A stretch of DNA of 63,419 bases, the filler included. It is 6 parts of 6 records of this genome, joined end to end, with 100 filler letters (N's around TTAATTAATTAA, not from the genome) between each part and the next. Parts side by side here need not be neighbours in the genome. Positions count along the whole stretch, not along the records: positions 1 to 13,034 come from SRR31156797_11212; 5 more parts are not named here. One strand, given 5' to 3'. Every line of letters begins with the position of its first letter. Within the stretch, counting starts at the first letter, position 1. The notes below the pieces were generated by a model. It had not been told where the DNA came from. It ran no database searches and worked only from the letters and a program-made list of their open reading frames with translations. The translations under genes were made by a program, and so were the position numbers. Of the stretch, positions 1-10,171 are shown piece by piece.

Positions 1-65
1 GAGAACCTTTTTCAAAAGGTTTTCTGGTCCCGCAGAAGGCGACCGCCGGTAGGCCCGCCGGAGGC
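1..65 (+). repeat. Extragenic palindromic (REP-like) element, truncated at window start
   Basis: Hairpin GAGAACCTTTT-TC-AAAAGGTTTTC followed by three degenerate CCGCCGGAGGC units (30-40, 43-54, 55-65); same motifs recur at 12949-13015. Confidence 0.65.
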
Positions 66-91
66 TGCCTTCCCAAAATGAAAACGAGCAT

Positions 92-126
92 AAAAAGCCC
101 TGCCTCGATTATCCGAGACAGGGCTT
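92..126 (-). terminator. Intrinsic terminator of malic enzyme gene
   Basis: Minus strand AAGCCCTGTCTCG-gataat-CGAGGCAGGGCTTTTT, about 25 nt after the stop. Confidence 0.8.
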
Positions 127-150
127 GATTTGATGATTTAGTCTAAAGGA

Positions 151-1470
151 CTAGATATCGTAATCGAAGGAATCGACCACGGCCTTGGTACGGGCCTTGG
201 AGGCTTCCATACGGGCTTCGAGGTCTTTCTTGTACTGGTCGAGGTCGAGCTGGATTTTGGCAACGCCGGTATCCATGGCGGCCTTGGCAACAGCGGGAGC
301 CAGCCAGGTCAGCACACGCGGATCAAGCGGCTTGGGGATGATGTAGTCGATACCGAAGTCGAGACTGTCCACGCCGTAAGCATCGCAGATATCCTGCGCA
401 ACGGGTTCTTTGGCCAATTTGGCCAGAGCGTCGGCTGCGGCGATTTTCATTTCTTCATTGATAGTCGTGGCGCGACAATCGAGCGCACCGCGGAAGATGA
501 ACGGGAAACCGAGGACGTTGTTCACCTGATTGGGGAAGTCGGAACGACCTGTGCCCATGATGATGTCGGGGCGCACTTCCTTGACGTCGGGATACGGAAT
601 CTCGGGATCGGGATTGGCGCAGGCAAAGATGATGGCGTTCTCAGCCATGGTTTTGACCATGTCCTGATTGATGGCGTCCTTGACGGACAGGCCGAGGAAC
701 ATGTCGGCACCGACCATGCAGTCGGCCAGAGAACCGCGATCTTCGGCTTGAGTAAAGCTCTGTTTGAATTCGTTGAGACCTTCGCGCCCGGCGTGGATCA
801 GGCCACGGGAATCGAACATGAAGATGTTTTCGCGCTTGATGCCCATGTGAACGTACAGATTGGAACAGGCGATGGCAGCGGCCCCTGCACCGGAAACGAC
901 GATCTTGATATCTTCGATCTTTTTACCGGAGATTTCGAGCGCATTCATGATGCCTGCGGCTGAAATGATAGCTGTACCGTGCTGATCATCATGGAAGACG
1001 GGGATTCCCATTTCTTTCTTGAGACGGGTCTCGATTTCAAAGCATTCTGGAGCCTTGATGTCTTCGAGGTTGATGCCGCCGAAGGTCGGTTCGAGCATCT
1101 TGCAGAAAGAAACGATTTCATCAGGCGTTTTGGCGTCGATGTTGATGTCGTAGACATCGATATCGGAGAAAATCTTAAACAGAACGCCCTTGCCTTCCAT
1201 GACCGGCTTACCGGCTTCAGGGCCGATGTTGCCAAGGCCCAGAACGGCGGTACCGTTGGAGACGACTGCAACGAGGTTCCCCTTGTTGGTGTAGTCGTAG
1301 ACCTTTTCTTTGTCCGCAGCAATTTCGCGGCACGCTTCGGCAACGCCCGGGCTGTAAGCCATGGACAGATGCTTCTGGTTTTCGCACGGCTTGATGGAGA
1401 TGACCTCCAGTTTGCCCTTGCGTTTGTCGGAATGGTAATCCAATGCCTCTTGCTTCGTGAACAGTGCCAT
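151..1470 (-). CDS. NAD(P)-dependent malic enzyme (no PTA domain)
   Basis: [54 protein letters not shown] motifs. Confidence 0.95.
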   Translation of the reverse strand: MALFTKQEALDYHSDKRKGKLEVISIKPCENQKHLSMAYSPGVAEACREIAADKEKVYDYTNKGNLVAVVSNGTAVLGLGNIGPEAGKPVMEGKGVLFKIFSDIDVYDINIDAKTPDEIVSFCKMLEPTFGGINLEDIKAPECFEIETRLKKEMGIPVFHDDQHGTAIISAAGIMNALEISGKKIEDIKIVVSGAGAAAIACSNLYVHMGIKRENIFMFDSRGLIHAGREGLNEFKQSFTQAEDRGSLADCMVGADMFLGLSVKDAINQDMVKTMAENAIIFACANPDPEIPYPDVKEVRPDIIMGTGRSDFPNQVNNVLGFPFIFRGALDCRATTINEEMKIAAADALAKLAKEPVAQDICDAYGVDSLDFGIDYIIPKPLDPRVLTWLAPAVAKAAMDTGVAKIQLDLDQYKKDLEARMEASKARTKAVVDSFDYDI

Positions 1471-1747
1471 GATCAGGCCTCCATATTATTCTGTTTGCCA
1501 ACTTTGGTAAGGGTGTTTTTCATTTTGCGTCAAGTAGAATTTTTCTTTGTGCGCCAATGCTTTGAGTCCGATTCAAACTGACATAACTGACTTATTGTTT
1601 GAGCGTTCAATCAAATCAGTGGGTTGGGCTTTACTGCACTGGTCAATAGCCTTCGTTTGTCTCAATATGGCGGTTATGCTTTTTTGAAATTGGTCTTCAT
1701 GAAACAGGGGACCGGGTTGCCCCGATCCCCAAGTTTTGATTGTCTTT

Positions 1748-3676
1748 TTAAGCAGACGCGCCGCCAAACATTTTCTTCAGCGGACTGAACCAGATGCCAC
1801 TCATGAACCATGAGTAGGCAAATACGCATACCGTTATGATGGAGAACCACATCATGATTTGCATTGGTGGGGCATCCAGCGAGAAGGCTGGGATATAGGC
1901 GAACATGAAGGGTGCCAGATACAGGAATTTGGCGAATTTGAACGACGTGAAAGCCGTCTTCCACATGTTGGCCTTGGCAATGGTTGCTCCGGCGAATGCT
2001 GCGATGCAGACCGGGGGCGTGATGTTGGAATCCTGCGACAGCCAGTACACGATCATGTGTGCAGCCACCTCGTTGACGCCCAAATGGGTCAACGCAGGCA
2101 CGGCCACGACAGCGGTGATCAAATAGGCGGCAGTGACAGGGACGCCCATGCCGAGAATGAGCGATGCCAGCGCGATGAGCAGGATGGTCGCCACCAGATT
2201 GCCGTTTGCCAGCTCAATGACGATGTCGGCAAAGGTCAACACGAGGCCGGAGTATGTCAGCACGCCGATGATGATACCGATAACGCCGACAGTCGCGCCG
2301 ATTTTGAGTGAGTTGATGGTCCCCATACGGGCAGCCACTACAAATTCACCCAGTTCGTTTTTCATGCCTGATACGGTCTGCCTGCGATAGGCAAATACAC
2401 CTGCGGCCATGATCAGTCCGTAAAGCAACAGGATGCGGCCAGACAGGAATGGTTTGACTGCTTTCATGGCTTCGGGACCACCAGCGGCACCGACTATTTT
2501 GACCAGCCAGGGAGACACAACCATCAATCCCATGATGCAGAGCAACGTCGGATCGATGCGTTGGCCTTCATCCTTGAAGGACAAGCCGATACAGGTAGCC
2601 AGACCTACAATGGCGGAATAGCCGGGCGAATAGCCCGCAAGCATGAATATGGTGATGAAGACGAGCGGCAGTGTGTAGAGCCACTCCTTCTTGAATATCT
2701 GCATGGCAGAGTATTTATATCTTTCTCCTACCACACCGCCCTTTTTGGCTTCGTAATGTACCATGACGAAAACCGAAAAGAAGTACATGACCGCCGGGAA
2801 AATGGCGACCAGCATAATGTGTGAGTAAGGAAGACCTGTCATTTCTGCCATGATGAATCCACCCGCGCCCATGATTGGGGGCATGAACATGCCACCGATG
2901 GATGCTGCTGGTTCGATACCGCCTGCAACGTGAGGCTTAAACCCTGCTTTTTTCATCATTGGAATGGTGAATGCGCCAGTGGATACGGTGTTGGCTATGG
3001 CTGAACCGGATATGGACCCGAACAGGCCGGAAGCGATAACCGATACTTTGGCCGGGCCGCCGATCTTGTGTCCAACTGCTGCCAGCGGGAAGTCGATGAA
3101 GAATTTCTGTGCACCGCATTTCTCCAGAAACGCGCCAAAGAGCACGAACAGGATGATATACGTTGCCAGAACATTCGCCATGATGCCGAATACGCCGTCT
3201 GACCTGTAGAAAATGGAGGTGCATAATTCAGGGAAAGACGCACCCGCATGGGCAATGAGTTCCGGCATATGTTCGCCGTACATGCCAAAGAGCAACATGC
3301 CAACGCCGATAACGACGAAGACATTGCCGACAACGCGTCGAGCCAGTTCAACGCCGAGCAAGACGCCGACCATGGCCATCCATTGGTCCAGATCTGTCTC
3401 AATGCCGGTACGGTAGTTGATGGCTTCGAAGTTGACGATCCAATACCCTACGGTGACAGCCGATGCTGCCATGAGCAGGTAATCAATTATACGGAAAAAA
3501 AGGTTTCTGGATTTGTAGATCAGGAAGACCAGAATATAGGTCACGATAACATAAATACCCCGATGGTATTGGGTGGCCGCAGGCTCGAAAATGGCAGACC
3601 ATGAATAGAACAGAACCAGGCCCACGGACAGAAAATCAAAAAAGAATTGCTCAATTTTTGTCAACTTGTCGTACAT
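1748..3676 (-). CDS. TRAP transporter fused 4TM/12TM permease (TAXI type)
   Basis: Highly hydrophobic; GGPAK, SGSAIAN, ASIGGMFMPPIMGA, LGMGVP, NITPPV motifs. Confidence 0.93.
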   Translation of the reverse strand: MYDKLTKIEQFFFDFLSVGLVLFYSWSAIFEPAATQYHRGIYVIVTYILVFLIYKSRNLFFRIIDYLLMAASAVTVGYWIVNFEAINYRTGIETDLDQWMAMVGVLLGVELARRVVGNVFVVIGVGMLLFGMYGEHMPELIAHAGASFPELCTSIFYRSDGVFGIMANVLATYIILFVLFGAFLEKCGAQKFFIDFPLAAVGHKIGGPAKVSVIASGLFGSISGSAIANTVSTGAFTIPMMKKAGFKPHVAGGIEPAASIGGMFMPPIMGAGGFIMAEMTGLPYSHIMLVAIFPAVMYFFSVFVMVHYEAKKGGVVGERYKYSAMQIFKKEWLYTLPLVFITIFMLAGYSPGYSAIVGLATCIGLSFKDEGQRIDPTLLCIMGLMVVSPWLVKIVGAAGGPEAMKAVKPFLSGRILLLYGLIMAAGVFAYRRQTVSGMKNELGEFVVAARMGTINSLKIGATVGVIGIIIGVLTYSGLVLTFADIVIELANGNLVATILLIALASLILGMGVPVTAAYLITAVVAVPALTHLGVNEVAAHMIVYWLSQDSNITPPVCIAAFAGATIAKANMWKTAFTSFKFAKFLYLAPFMFAYIPAFSLDAPPMQIMMWFSIITVCVFAYSWFMSGIWFSPLKKMFGGASA

Positions 3677-3865
3677 TGTACACTCGTGGCGACCGCGCGA
3701 TGGGTCGCGGTTGGAACGTCACACCACCAGAAGCCACAGGCCTGGGGGGAGTGATGATATATGACAGGGCACGGGATCGGACATAGCCGCCCGCCCTTGA
3801 AAGCGGACGGGCCTTGTGGCCCGCCCGCCCGAGTATCTGTAGGGTCTTTCAGACCGATTGGTCGT

Positions 3866-4834
3866 CTACTTGAGGACGCCCTTTTCTTTCCAGAACTTGA
3901 TTGCGCCGGGATGCAGAGGGATGACGTTGGGGTCGATACCCTTGATGCCGTTGGCAACAGACATGTCCTTGAAGGTCTTCTTTTGTTCGAGCATGTGCTT
4001 GAGGCCAGCGTCTGACCAGACAGCGGACATCATCTCGTACACGACTTCTTCAGGCACATCGGCGTTGGCGACGAGCAGGGCGGAGTCAAAGAAGGAGGGA
4101 ACGTCCTGATCCACGCCACGGTATGTACCGGCGGGAACGGACAGTTTGCCGAAGTAGGGATATTTTTCGAAGTAACCAGTGGAATTGGCGTCTGCGGCCA
4201 GATCAATGAGTTCGATATCATTGGTCTGCGCAGCCATGATGACAGCGCCGGACGGGAATGCGGTAAACAGCCAGAACGCGTCGAGCTGTTCGTTACCGAA
4301 AGCCTGGGCAGCATCGTTGTAGCCCATGGCATTCCGTTCGATTTTGTCCCATACGCCCATGTGGGTAAAGAAAAGTTCACAGTTGGCGAATGCGCCGGAA
4401 CCGGCGTTGCCGACACCAACTTTCTTGCCTTCCAGGTCCTTTGTAGACTTGATGCCGGACCCCTTGCGCACGACAAGCTGGGCGGGGGCACCATAGAGGT
4501 AGCCGACAGCCATGACTTTTTCGTACTTGCGGGGATCGTTTTTCATCTGGCCGTTACGACCGAGAAAAACATGACCGGCATAGACGGTGGAGAAAGCAAC
4601 ACGACCGGCGTTGGTGGTGCGAAGGTTTTCGACGGAGCCGCCGGAAGACTGCGCCTTGATAGAGAAGTTCTCACTGTTTTTGACAGGTTCGAATACCTGG
4701 ATGCCGTTGGCGACAACCTGGAAGGTTCCACCAGCAGGCCCGCCGCCGAAGACGTAGCGTTTTTTCGCATGCGCAGAAAAAGACATGCCGAGGACAACGG
4801 CAAGCGCAAGGGCCAGGATGATAATCCGTTTCAT
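3866..4834 (-). CDS. TAXI family TRAP solute-binding protein
   Basis: Start moved to ATG 4834 (AGGAGG RBS, signal peptide MKRIIILALAL); GGGPAGGTF, SGGSVEN, GNAGSG, IPLHPGA motifs. Confidence 0.93.
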   Translation of the reverse strand: MKRIIILALALAVVLGMSFSAHAKKRYVFGGGPAGGTFQVVANGIQVFEPVKNSENFSIKAQSSGGSVENLRTTNAGRVAFSTVYAGHVFLGRNGQMKNDPRKYEKVMAVGYLYGAPAQLVVRKGSGIKSTKDLEGKKVGVGNAGSGAFANCELFFTHMGVWDKIERNAMGYNDAAQAFGNEQLDAFWLFTAFPSGAVIMAAQTNDIELIDLAADANSTGYFEKYPYFGKLSVPAGTYRGVDQDVPSFFDSALLVANADVPEEVVYEMMSAVWSDAGLKHMLEQKKTFKDMSVANGIKGIDPNVIPLHPGAIKFWKEKGVLK

Positions 4835-5146
4835 GTTTCCTCCTAAAGGACCACAGAAGTTAGTAAGGACCGCAACTATTTTTACCATCGATCTATAACG
4901 TGGTAAAAAACACCTCGAACGAAATTCTTCGATCGATAGAACGTTGTGGCACAGTACGCCAAATATTTCAACGGATTTCTCTTGTTTAAGGTCTGTCACA
5001 TGCTGATTTTATTAGGGATTTAATATCATTGGCTTTTTTGACCGAACGGTCAAAGTCGAGACCTCCACCGCGGTTGAATTCCTCACTTTTGCTATTTGCA
5101 TGGCGTGTGCTACATGCCTTCACGCTGTTTGATTGAGGAGGTGTAC

Positions 5147-5896
5147 ATGCTTGAAGAATTAAGAGTTGTTCTTTTCAGACCCAAATACTCCGAAAACATT
5201 GGCTCGGTGGCCCGCGCCTGTTTGAATATGGGGGTGTCCAACCTTGTGGTGGTGGACCCATGTGGTTTCAATATGGAAAAGGCTTTGCCGCTTGCGACAG
5301 TCCATGCTCGCCATGTGCTTGAATCCGCGGCCATTGTTGAAACATTGGCGCAAGCTGTGGATGAGTGTACTGCCGTCTTTGGCACTACGGCACGGACCGG
5401 CGGTTGGCGTAAGGGCATCCTGACCCCTGATTCCATGGCTGAGGTTGTTGACGAACGTTTGCGCGGAGGAGGCCGGGTCGCTTTGGTTTTTGGCCCGGAG
5501 GATAAAGGGCTGACCAATGAAGAGACGGCTCTCTGCTCCGGTTTGATGACCATTCCTACAAGTCGGGAAGGGACCTCGCTGAATCTTGCGCAGGCTGTGG
5601 TTGTTGTCTTGTATGAATGTTTCAAGCGGTCATTGGATGCGCCTTTTGTTCCGGGTGGTCCGCCGGAAGAAAGGCCTGCGACCGTTCAGGAGCAGGAAAC
5701 CATGTTCCACAATTTTCAGGAAACGTTGCTCGCCATCAATTTCCTCAAGGATGACAACCCTGATTACTGGATGTTGCCAGTACGGCGGTTCTTTTCCAAA
5801 ATAAATTTGAGGCGCAACGAGTTCAATTTGCTCATGGGTATTTCTCGACAGGTGCAGTGGTTTGCCAAAAAGTATGGCCCAGCCGAGAAAAAGTAA
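5147..5896 (+). CDS. trmJ: TrmJ/LasT-family SPOUT RNA methyltransferase
   Basis: ENIGSVARA, FGPEDKGL, SLNLAQAV motifs; GAGGAGG RBS before ATG 5147. Confidence 0.85.
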   Translation: MLEELRVVLFRPKYSENIGSVARACLNMGVSNLVVVDPCGFNMEKALPLATVHARHVLESAAIVETLAQAVDECTAVFGTTARTGGWRKGILTPDSMAEVVDERLRGGGRVALVFGPEDKGLTNEETALCSGLMTIPTSREGTSLNLAQAVVVVLYECFKRSLDAPFVPGGPPEERPATVQEQETMFHNFQETLLAINFLKDDNPDYWMLPVRRFFSKINLRRNEFNLLMGISRQVQWFAKKYGPAEKK

Positions 5897-5994
5897 TGTC
5901 CTTTTTTATGCCAGAAAATGGCTTTTGGGGGCTCTCAATTCCACCTCTTCAAGCGACTTTTCAAATGCCCCTTGTATAGCGTATACCCACCCCC

Positions 5995-6741
5995 ATGATT
6001 CGCATCCGACTTACTATCGCCTATGACGGCACTGATTACTGCGGCTGGCAGTTACAACCTAATGACAGAACCGTGCAGGGAGAGCTTGAAAAAGCCCTTG
6101 CGGTCATTATGGGTGGTCCGGTTCGAGTCCATGGCTCAGGACGGACTGACTCGGGAGTCCATGCTCTGGGGCAGGTGGTGCATTTTGACTGCGAGGAGAA
6201 ATGCGCGGCGCACCCGTGGAGACGGAGCCTTAACGGGTTGTTGCCCAAGGATGTTCGCGTGGTTTCTCATGAAGTCGTTCCGTCAGATTTTCATGCGCGG
6301 TATTCCGCTGGCTCAAAAATATATGAATATACACTATGGCACGAGCGGGATTTTTGTTTGCCCCAGCGCAGTCGGTTTGTGTGGAATTGTGGAAAGGTAG
6401 ACCTTGAGGCCATGGAAACGGCTGCACAAGTTCTTGTGGGTGAACACGACTTTGCTGCTTTTCAGAATAAAGGGACTGTGGTCGGAACAACCATCCGGCT
6501 CGTGAATGAGATTTCCCGACATCCCGGCATCACGGAGTATGAATCGGTTTGGCGGTTCACTGCCAAGGGTTTTTTGAAGCAGATGGTGCGTAATATGATC
6601 GGCTGTCTTGTGGCCTGTGGACGCGGGAAGCTGACGCCGGTAGACGTTGCGGCTATTCTTGAGTCCGGTGATCGTACATTGGCTCCCGCCACGGTTCCGC
6701 CGCAAGGGTTGACCCTTGTGCGGGTGGAATATCCCTACTGA
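5995..6741 (+). CDS. truA: tRNA pseudouridine(38-40) synthase
   Basis: AYDGT, GWQ, SGRTDSGVHA, GEHDF, FLKQMVR, PPQGL motifs. Confidence 0.96.
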   Translation: MIRIRLTIAYDGTDYCGWQLQPNDRTVQGELEKALAVIMGGPVRVHGSGRTDSGVHALGQVVHFDCEEKCAAHPWRRSLNGLLPKDVRVVSHEVVPSDFHARYSAGSKIYEYTLWHERDFCLPQRSRFVWNCGKVDLEAMETAAQVLVGEHDFAAFQNKGTVVGTTIRLVNEISRHPGITEYESVWRFTAKGFLKQMVRNMIGCLVACGRGKLTPVDVAAILESGDRTLAPATVPPQGLTLVRVEYPY

Positions 6742-8643
6742 TTATTTAATGGCGATGTCACGGTCTTTCAAACTGAAATAGAACGTTGAGGCTTCCATGC
6801 GCTTGGCGATCTGTTTGGCTTTTTTCCCGAATTGGATGGTCGTGCCCGGGTAGGCCAGTCGTTTGATTTGGATGTCGATGCCGTCCATTTCCTGTTGGTG
6901 AGCCAGTACTAATTCCGTGATCCGTTCATTGATGGTTTTGCGCCGTTGGGCGAGAGTCGCCCGATGCTTGAGCACTTCGGCCACAGCCTGACGTTTTTCC
7001 TTAGGGGTTCGGGAGAGGATTGCCTTTGGCGGCTCCGAGCCGAGGGCCTCGTCGATTTTTTTGATAGCTTGGACTATTTTGTTGCGTTCCAGAAGAAGTT
7101 CGTCGTCTTCCTTGTATTCCATATATACGCCGATGACTGTCGTCACACCAAGTTCCGAGCCAACTTCGTTTATTTCATGCCCTTTGCGGGTCAGTATCGT
7201 ACCACCGTTGATAACGCCTTTGCCTGAAGTGGCAAAAAGGCGACCTTCGGCTTGAATCGTGGAGTTCAGGATTTCATTGGCCACATGGACATCACCCCCG
7301 GCCTTGATGTTTGCGTTGGTGAGATATCCTGCGATAACGTCGCCATCACAGACAATCTGTCCACCATCCGGCATAAGGATGCCTCCTTTCACCTCCACCT
7401 GCCCTCCGGCGTAAACCGTGGCACTTTCGATGGAGTCCTCCACGATGACATGCAATGGGGCAGAGACGGAGAAGCCGGCCTGAATTGAACCAAGAACTTT
7501 GATCGAGCCGTGTTCGACCTTCACGTTGCCGGAGTTCAGATCCACGTTGCCGGGAATAATCAGACATTCGGTGACGGAAAGTGTGCCCTTTTCCATGACC
7601 ACAACACCTTTGGCCTTGGATTCGAACGTTACCTTGTCGTCCTGAACAATGACGTTTTCACCAAGATGGACGTGCAAGGCTTTTCCTTCGTGGGCGGGAA
7701 TAGTCTTGCCGTAAATATCAATACCGCCTTCTCCTGCAGTCGGTAAATGCAGCCTGCCTATCACCTGTCCCGGGTTGACCATGGGATAGGTCCCACGGTT
7801 GCGGAAGTCCAAGCGTCCGGCCTCATCTTCGGTGCCAGCGGTTTCACGGGTGGTGACAAGGTATTCCAACCATCCATCGCGTCCCGGAACAGGATGTCCG
7901 CCTTTGACGATAACCTGATTTTGTAGAGGGATTCCAAGGTCTTTGGCCTGAGCCAGTTTTGTGTCAAGCAGGTCCATATCAAGATCAATGACAACACCGA
8001 GATCACGCATTTCCTTGTCAATGCGAGCCGGAGTGATGGGAGTTCCCTTGAAATCCTGATGGTGGAGGTTGCCTGTGACAACAACGGCATCGTCTGAAAT
8101 ATGTGCGATGGGATCAACAGAGACAACGTTGTCTTTAATCCGCGCCATGCCCCATACCTGTGCCACGTAGGACTCGGTAATAGGGTCCCACTCCACATTT
8201 TCGCCTGTCTCGACAGAAATGTCTTCCGGTGTGAAGTTGCCCTTTGGTGTCAAGACCCGTCCATCAATAGTCTGTCCGTTACTCGCCTGTTGTGCCTGAC
8301 GGAATCGAATGAATCTGTCCCCCGGGAAAACCGGGAATTCCAGATCGCCGAGGCCCATGAGCGTCGCGTCTATGGGCTCTTTTGCCGGGATGCCGTGTAC
8401 AAGGGCAATGCCTTTGAACTCGTTTCCTTGCGCGATGGCGGTGATGATTCGTTGAGCTGCGTCGTTATCGATGGGGAGTTGAACCCCGGCTTCGGCCACC
8501 TGTCTACGGAGAAGTTCCACACTTGGATTTTCCCCACCATTGGGCGGGAAATAGCGATTGACACCGAGTTTCATGCCGTCTTCAGACAGGGCAAAACGAA
8601 ACCGAGCGTCCGAGCTTTCCTTGAGTGCTTTTTCATCTGCCAT
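6742..8643 (-). CDS. FapA / DUF342 family protein
   Basis: GRLDFR, GIDIYG, GENV, GNVDLNSGN, beta-helix-like repeats, C-terminal YPGT; start ATG 8643 inferred. Confidence 0.85.
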   Translation of the reverse strand: MADEKALKESSDARFRFALSEDGMKLGVNRYFPPNGGENPSVELLRRQVAEAGVQLPIDNDAAQRIITAIAQGNEFKGIALVHGIPAKEPIDATLMGLGDLEFPVFPGDRFIRFRQAQQASNGQTIDGRVLTPKGNFTPEDISVETGENVEWDPITESYVAQVWGMARIKDNVVSVDPIAHISDDAVVVTGNLHHQDFKGTPITPARIDKEMRDLGVVIDLDMDLLDTKLAQAKDLGIPLQNQVIVKGGHPVPGRDGWLEYLVTTRETAGTEDEAGRLDFRNRGTYPMVNPGQVIGRLHLPTAGEGGIDIYGKTIPAHEGKALHVHLGENVIVQDDKVTFESKAKGVVVMEKGTLSVTECLIIPGNVDLNSGNVKVEHGSIKVLGSIQAGFSVSAPLHVIVEDSIESATVYAGGQVEVKGGILMPDGGQIVCDGDVIAGYLTNANIKAGGDVHVANEILNSTIQAEGRLFATSGKGVINGGTILTRKGHEINEVGSELGVTTVIGVYMEYKEDDELLLERNKIVQAIKKIDEALGSEPPKAILSRTPKEKRQAVAEVLKHRATLAQRRKTINERITELVLAHQQEMDGIDIQIKRLAYPGTTIQFGKKAKQIAKRMEASTFYFSLKDRDIAIK

Positions 8644-8789
8644 GAATTCCACCGCGAATCACAGAAAGGTTGCACGAATAGAGGGCCTGTGGACAAGTCT
8701 TGTACTTGTGTACAAGCCATCGGTGATTATCTACCACAGGACTCTTGAGTCTGGCAATTCTTTGAAAAAACCGAGGTTTTCGAAAATAG

Positions 8790-10040
8790 TTATGATTCGT
8801 CTTGTCGGGAGAGATGCCAGTAAAGTTCTTCAAGAAGAGCCACAAGGTCGGCATGAATGCCGCCCGGTTCTGGGGGGATGCCAAACAGGGCGCGACGTTG
8901 TTCGCGAAGGCCCTCTTTGGAAATTGCCAACGGGTCGGAGTGGAAGACAGTCATGGAGAGTCGTTCGGCCAGGAGATATCCGGTCAGGCCGTTGATGAGC
9001 AGGTCCATGAGTACTTTAAAACGATTGCGGTTTTTTGCCCAGAAAATGAGAGTTTCGTCGTTCGGTTTGGTGGCCAGAGATTCACAGATAAGTGAATAGA
9101 GGGAGTTGATGCCTGCGCCGGGAATACCGCGCCGCCAACCAAGTAGCCATGGGTTGCGCCAGAATAGGAGGAAATGTTCAGTGCCGGTGGTGATGATTTG
9201 TTCCATGGCCTTTCGGGCATCTTGCAGTACCTTATCGTCCCATTTCTCCGGGCGTGCGGCCACGTCCCATGCCGGGACCGGACCGTTGTCGAAATGTTCG
9301 TTCAGGGTTTCGCCCAGAAGATGTTGGAGCCAGCGGTTGGCATGGGGTGAGGCGGGTGTCTCCAGATGGGCATAACTTAAAATGACTTTGCCTTGACCGA
9401 AGTCGTTGGCCGTGACGCAAGGCAGCCCTTCCATGAAGTCTGGGCGTAAGTGAATGCCGTACAGGTTTTCCCAGTCGGTCATGGTCCCTTTGGGCAGGGT
9501 GGAGAGATTAATATCAGCTACCCAGAAATCCGGGCCGGGTTTGCCGTATCGGGCCAGTACAGTCACAGAGTCATCCATCGGGGAAAATCTACCGGGCCAC
9601 CAGACTGGGAGCAGGGCTGTGTCCATGCCGTCAGGAACCAATGGATTTTCGCTAGCGAGCGTTGTCTCAACATGGCCGGACAGGAAGTGATGAAGACGGT
9701 TTTTATACCCTCTACGTGTCCATGGAGACAGGCTCAGGCCGTATGGCCCATTGAGGGCGAGCCCGGTGCCGCCGCAGAATCCGATATAGGTGCCGCCGTT
9801 GTGGACGAAATCACAAATGGCATCCATGCCGCGAGCGGTCAGACGATCTGCTTTACCTTTGGCACGTCCTCCGGGAACGATAAGAACCTTGGGCGTGTCG
9901 CCAAGCTTGCCAGAGAGCGCTCCATCAGCTATTTCATGGCCGCGCACGAGACGATGCGGGATACCCCACGCGGACAGCGCCCGTGTGACTAATAATCCCC
10001 AAAAATGAGACTCGTCCCAATATATATGTATACTTGACAT
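8790..10040 (-). CDS. BPL_N-like (class I glutamine amidotransferase-like) protein
   Basis: VPGG, GGTYIGFCGG nucleophile elbow, GKVILSYAHLE; start ATG 10040 inferred. Confidence 0.7.
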   Translation of the reverse strand: MSSIHIYWDESHFWGLLVTRALSAWGIPHRLVRGHEIADGALSGKLGDTPKVLIVPGGRAKGKADRLTARGMDAICDFVHNGGTYIGFCGGTGLALNGPYGLSLSPWTRRGYKNRLHHFLSGHVETTLASENPLVPDGMDTALLPVWWPGRFSPMDDSVTVLARYGKPGPDFWVADINLSTLPKGTMTDWENLYGIHLRPDFMEGLPCVTANDFGQGKVILSYAHLETPASPHANRWLQHLLGETLNEHFDNGPVPAWDVAARPEKWDDKVLQDARKAMEQIITTGTEHFLLFWRNPWLLGWRRGIPGAGINSLYSLICESLATKPNDETLIFWAKNRNRFKVLMDLLINGLTGYLLAERLSMTVFHSDPLAISKEGLREQRRALFGIPPEPGGIHADLVALLEELYWHLSRQDES

Positions 10041-10171
10041 ATGCGGCCCCCTCGACAAGGGTAGTCCGCACGCTATCAAGGCCTGCCCCGAGAGGCAAGC
10101 GCAACCATACGATATTTCAGGCCGTCGGCACCCCGTGTCGACGTTTTTGCCCTCATAAAGGAAGGATTTTC

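Noticed and set aside
4947-5112. Sigma54 promoter between TAXI and trmJ
   Set aside because: TGGCAC at 4947 lacks a correctly spaced TGC, and the minus-strand candidate lacks the invariant GG
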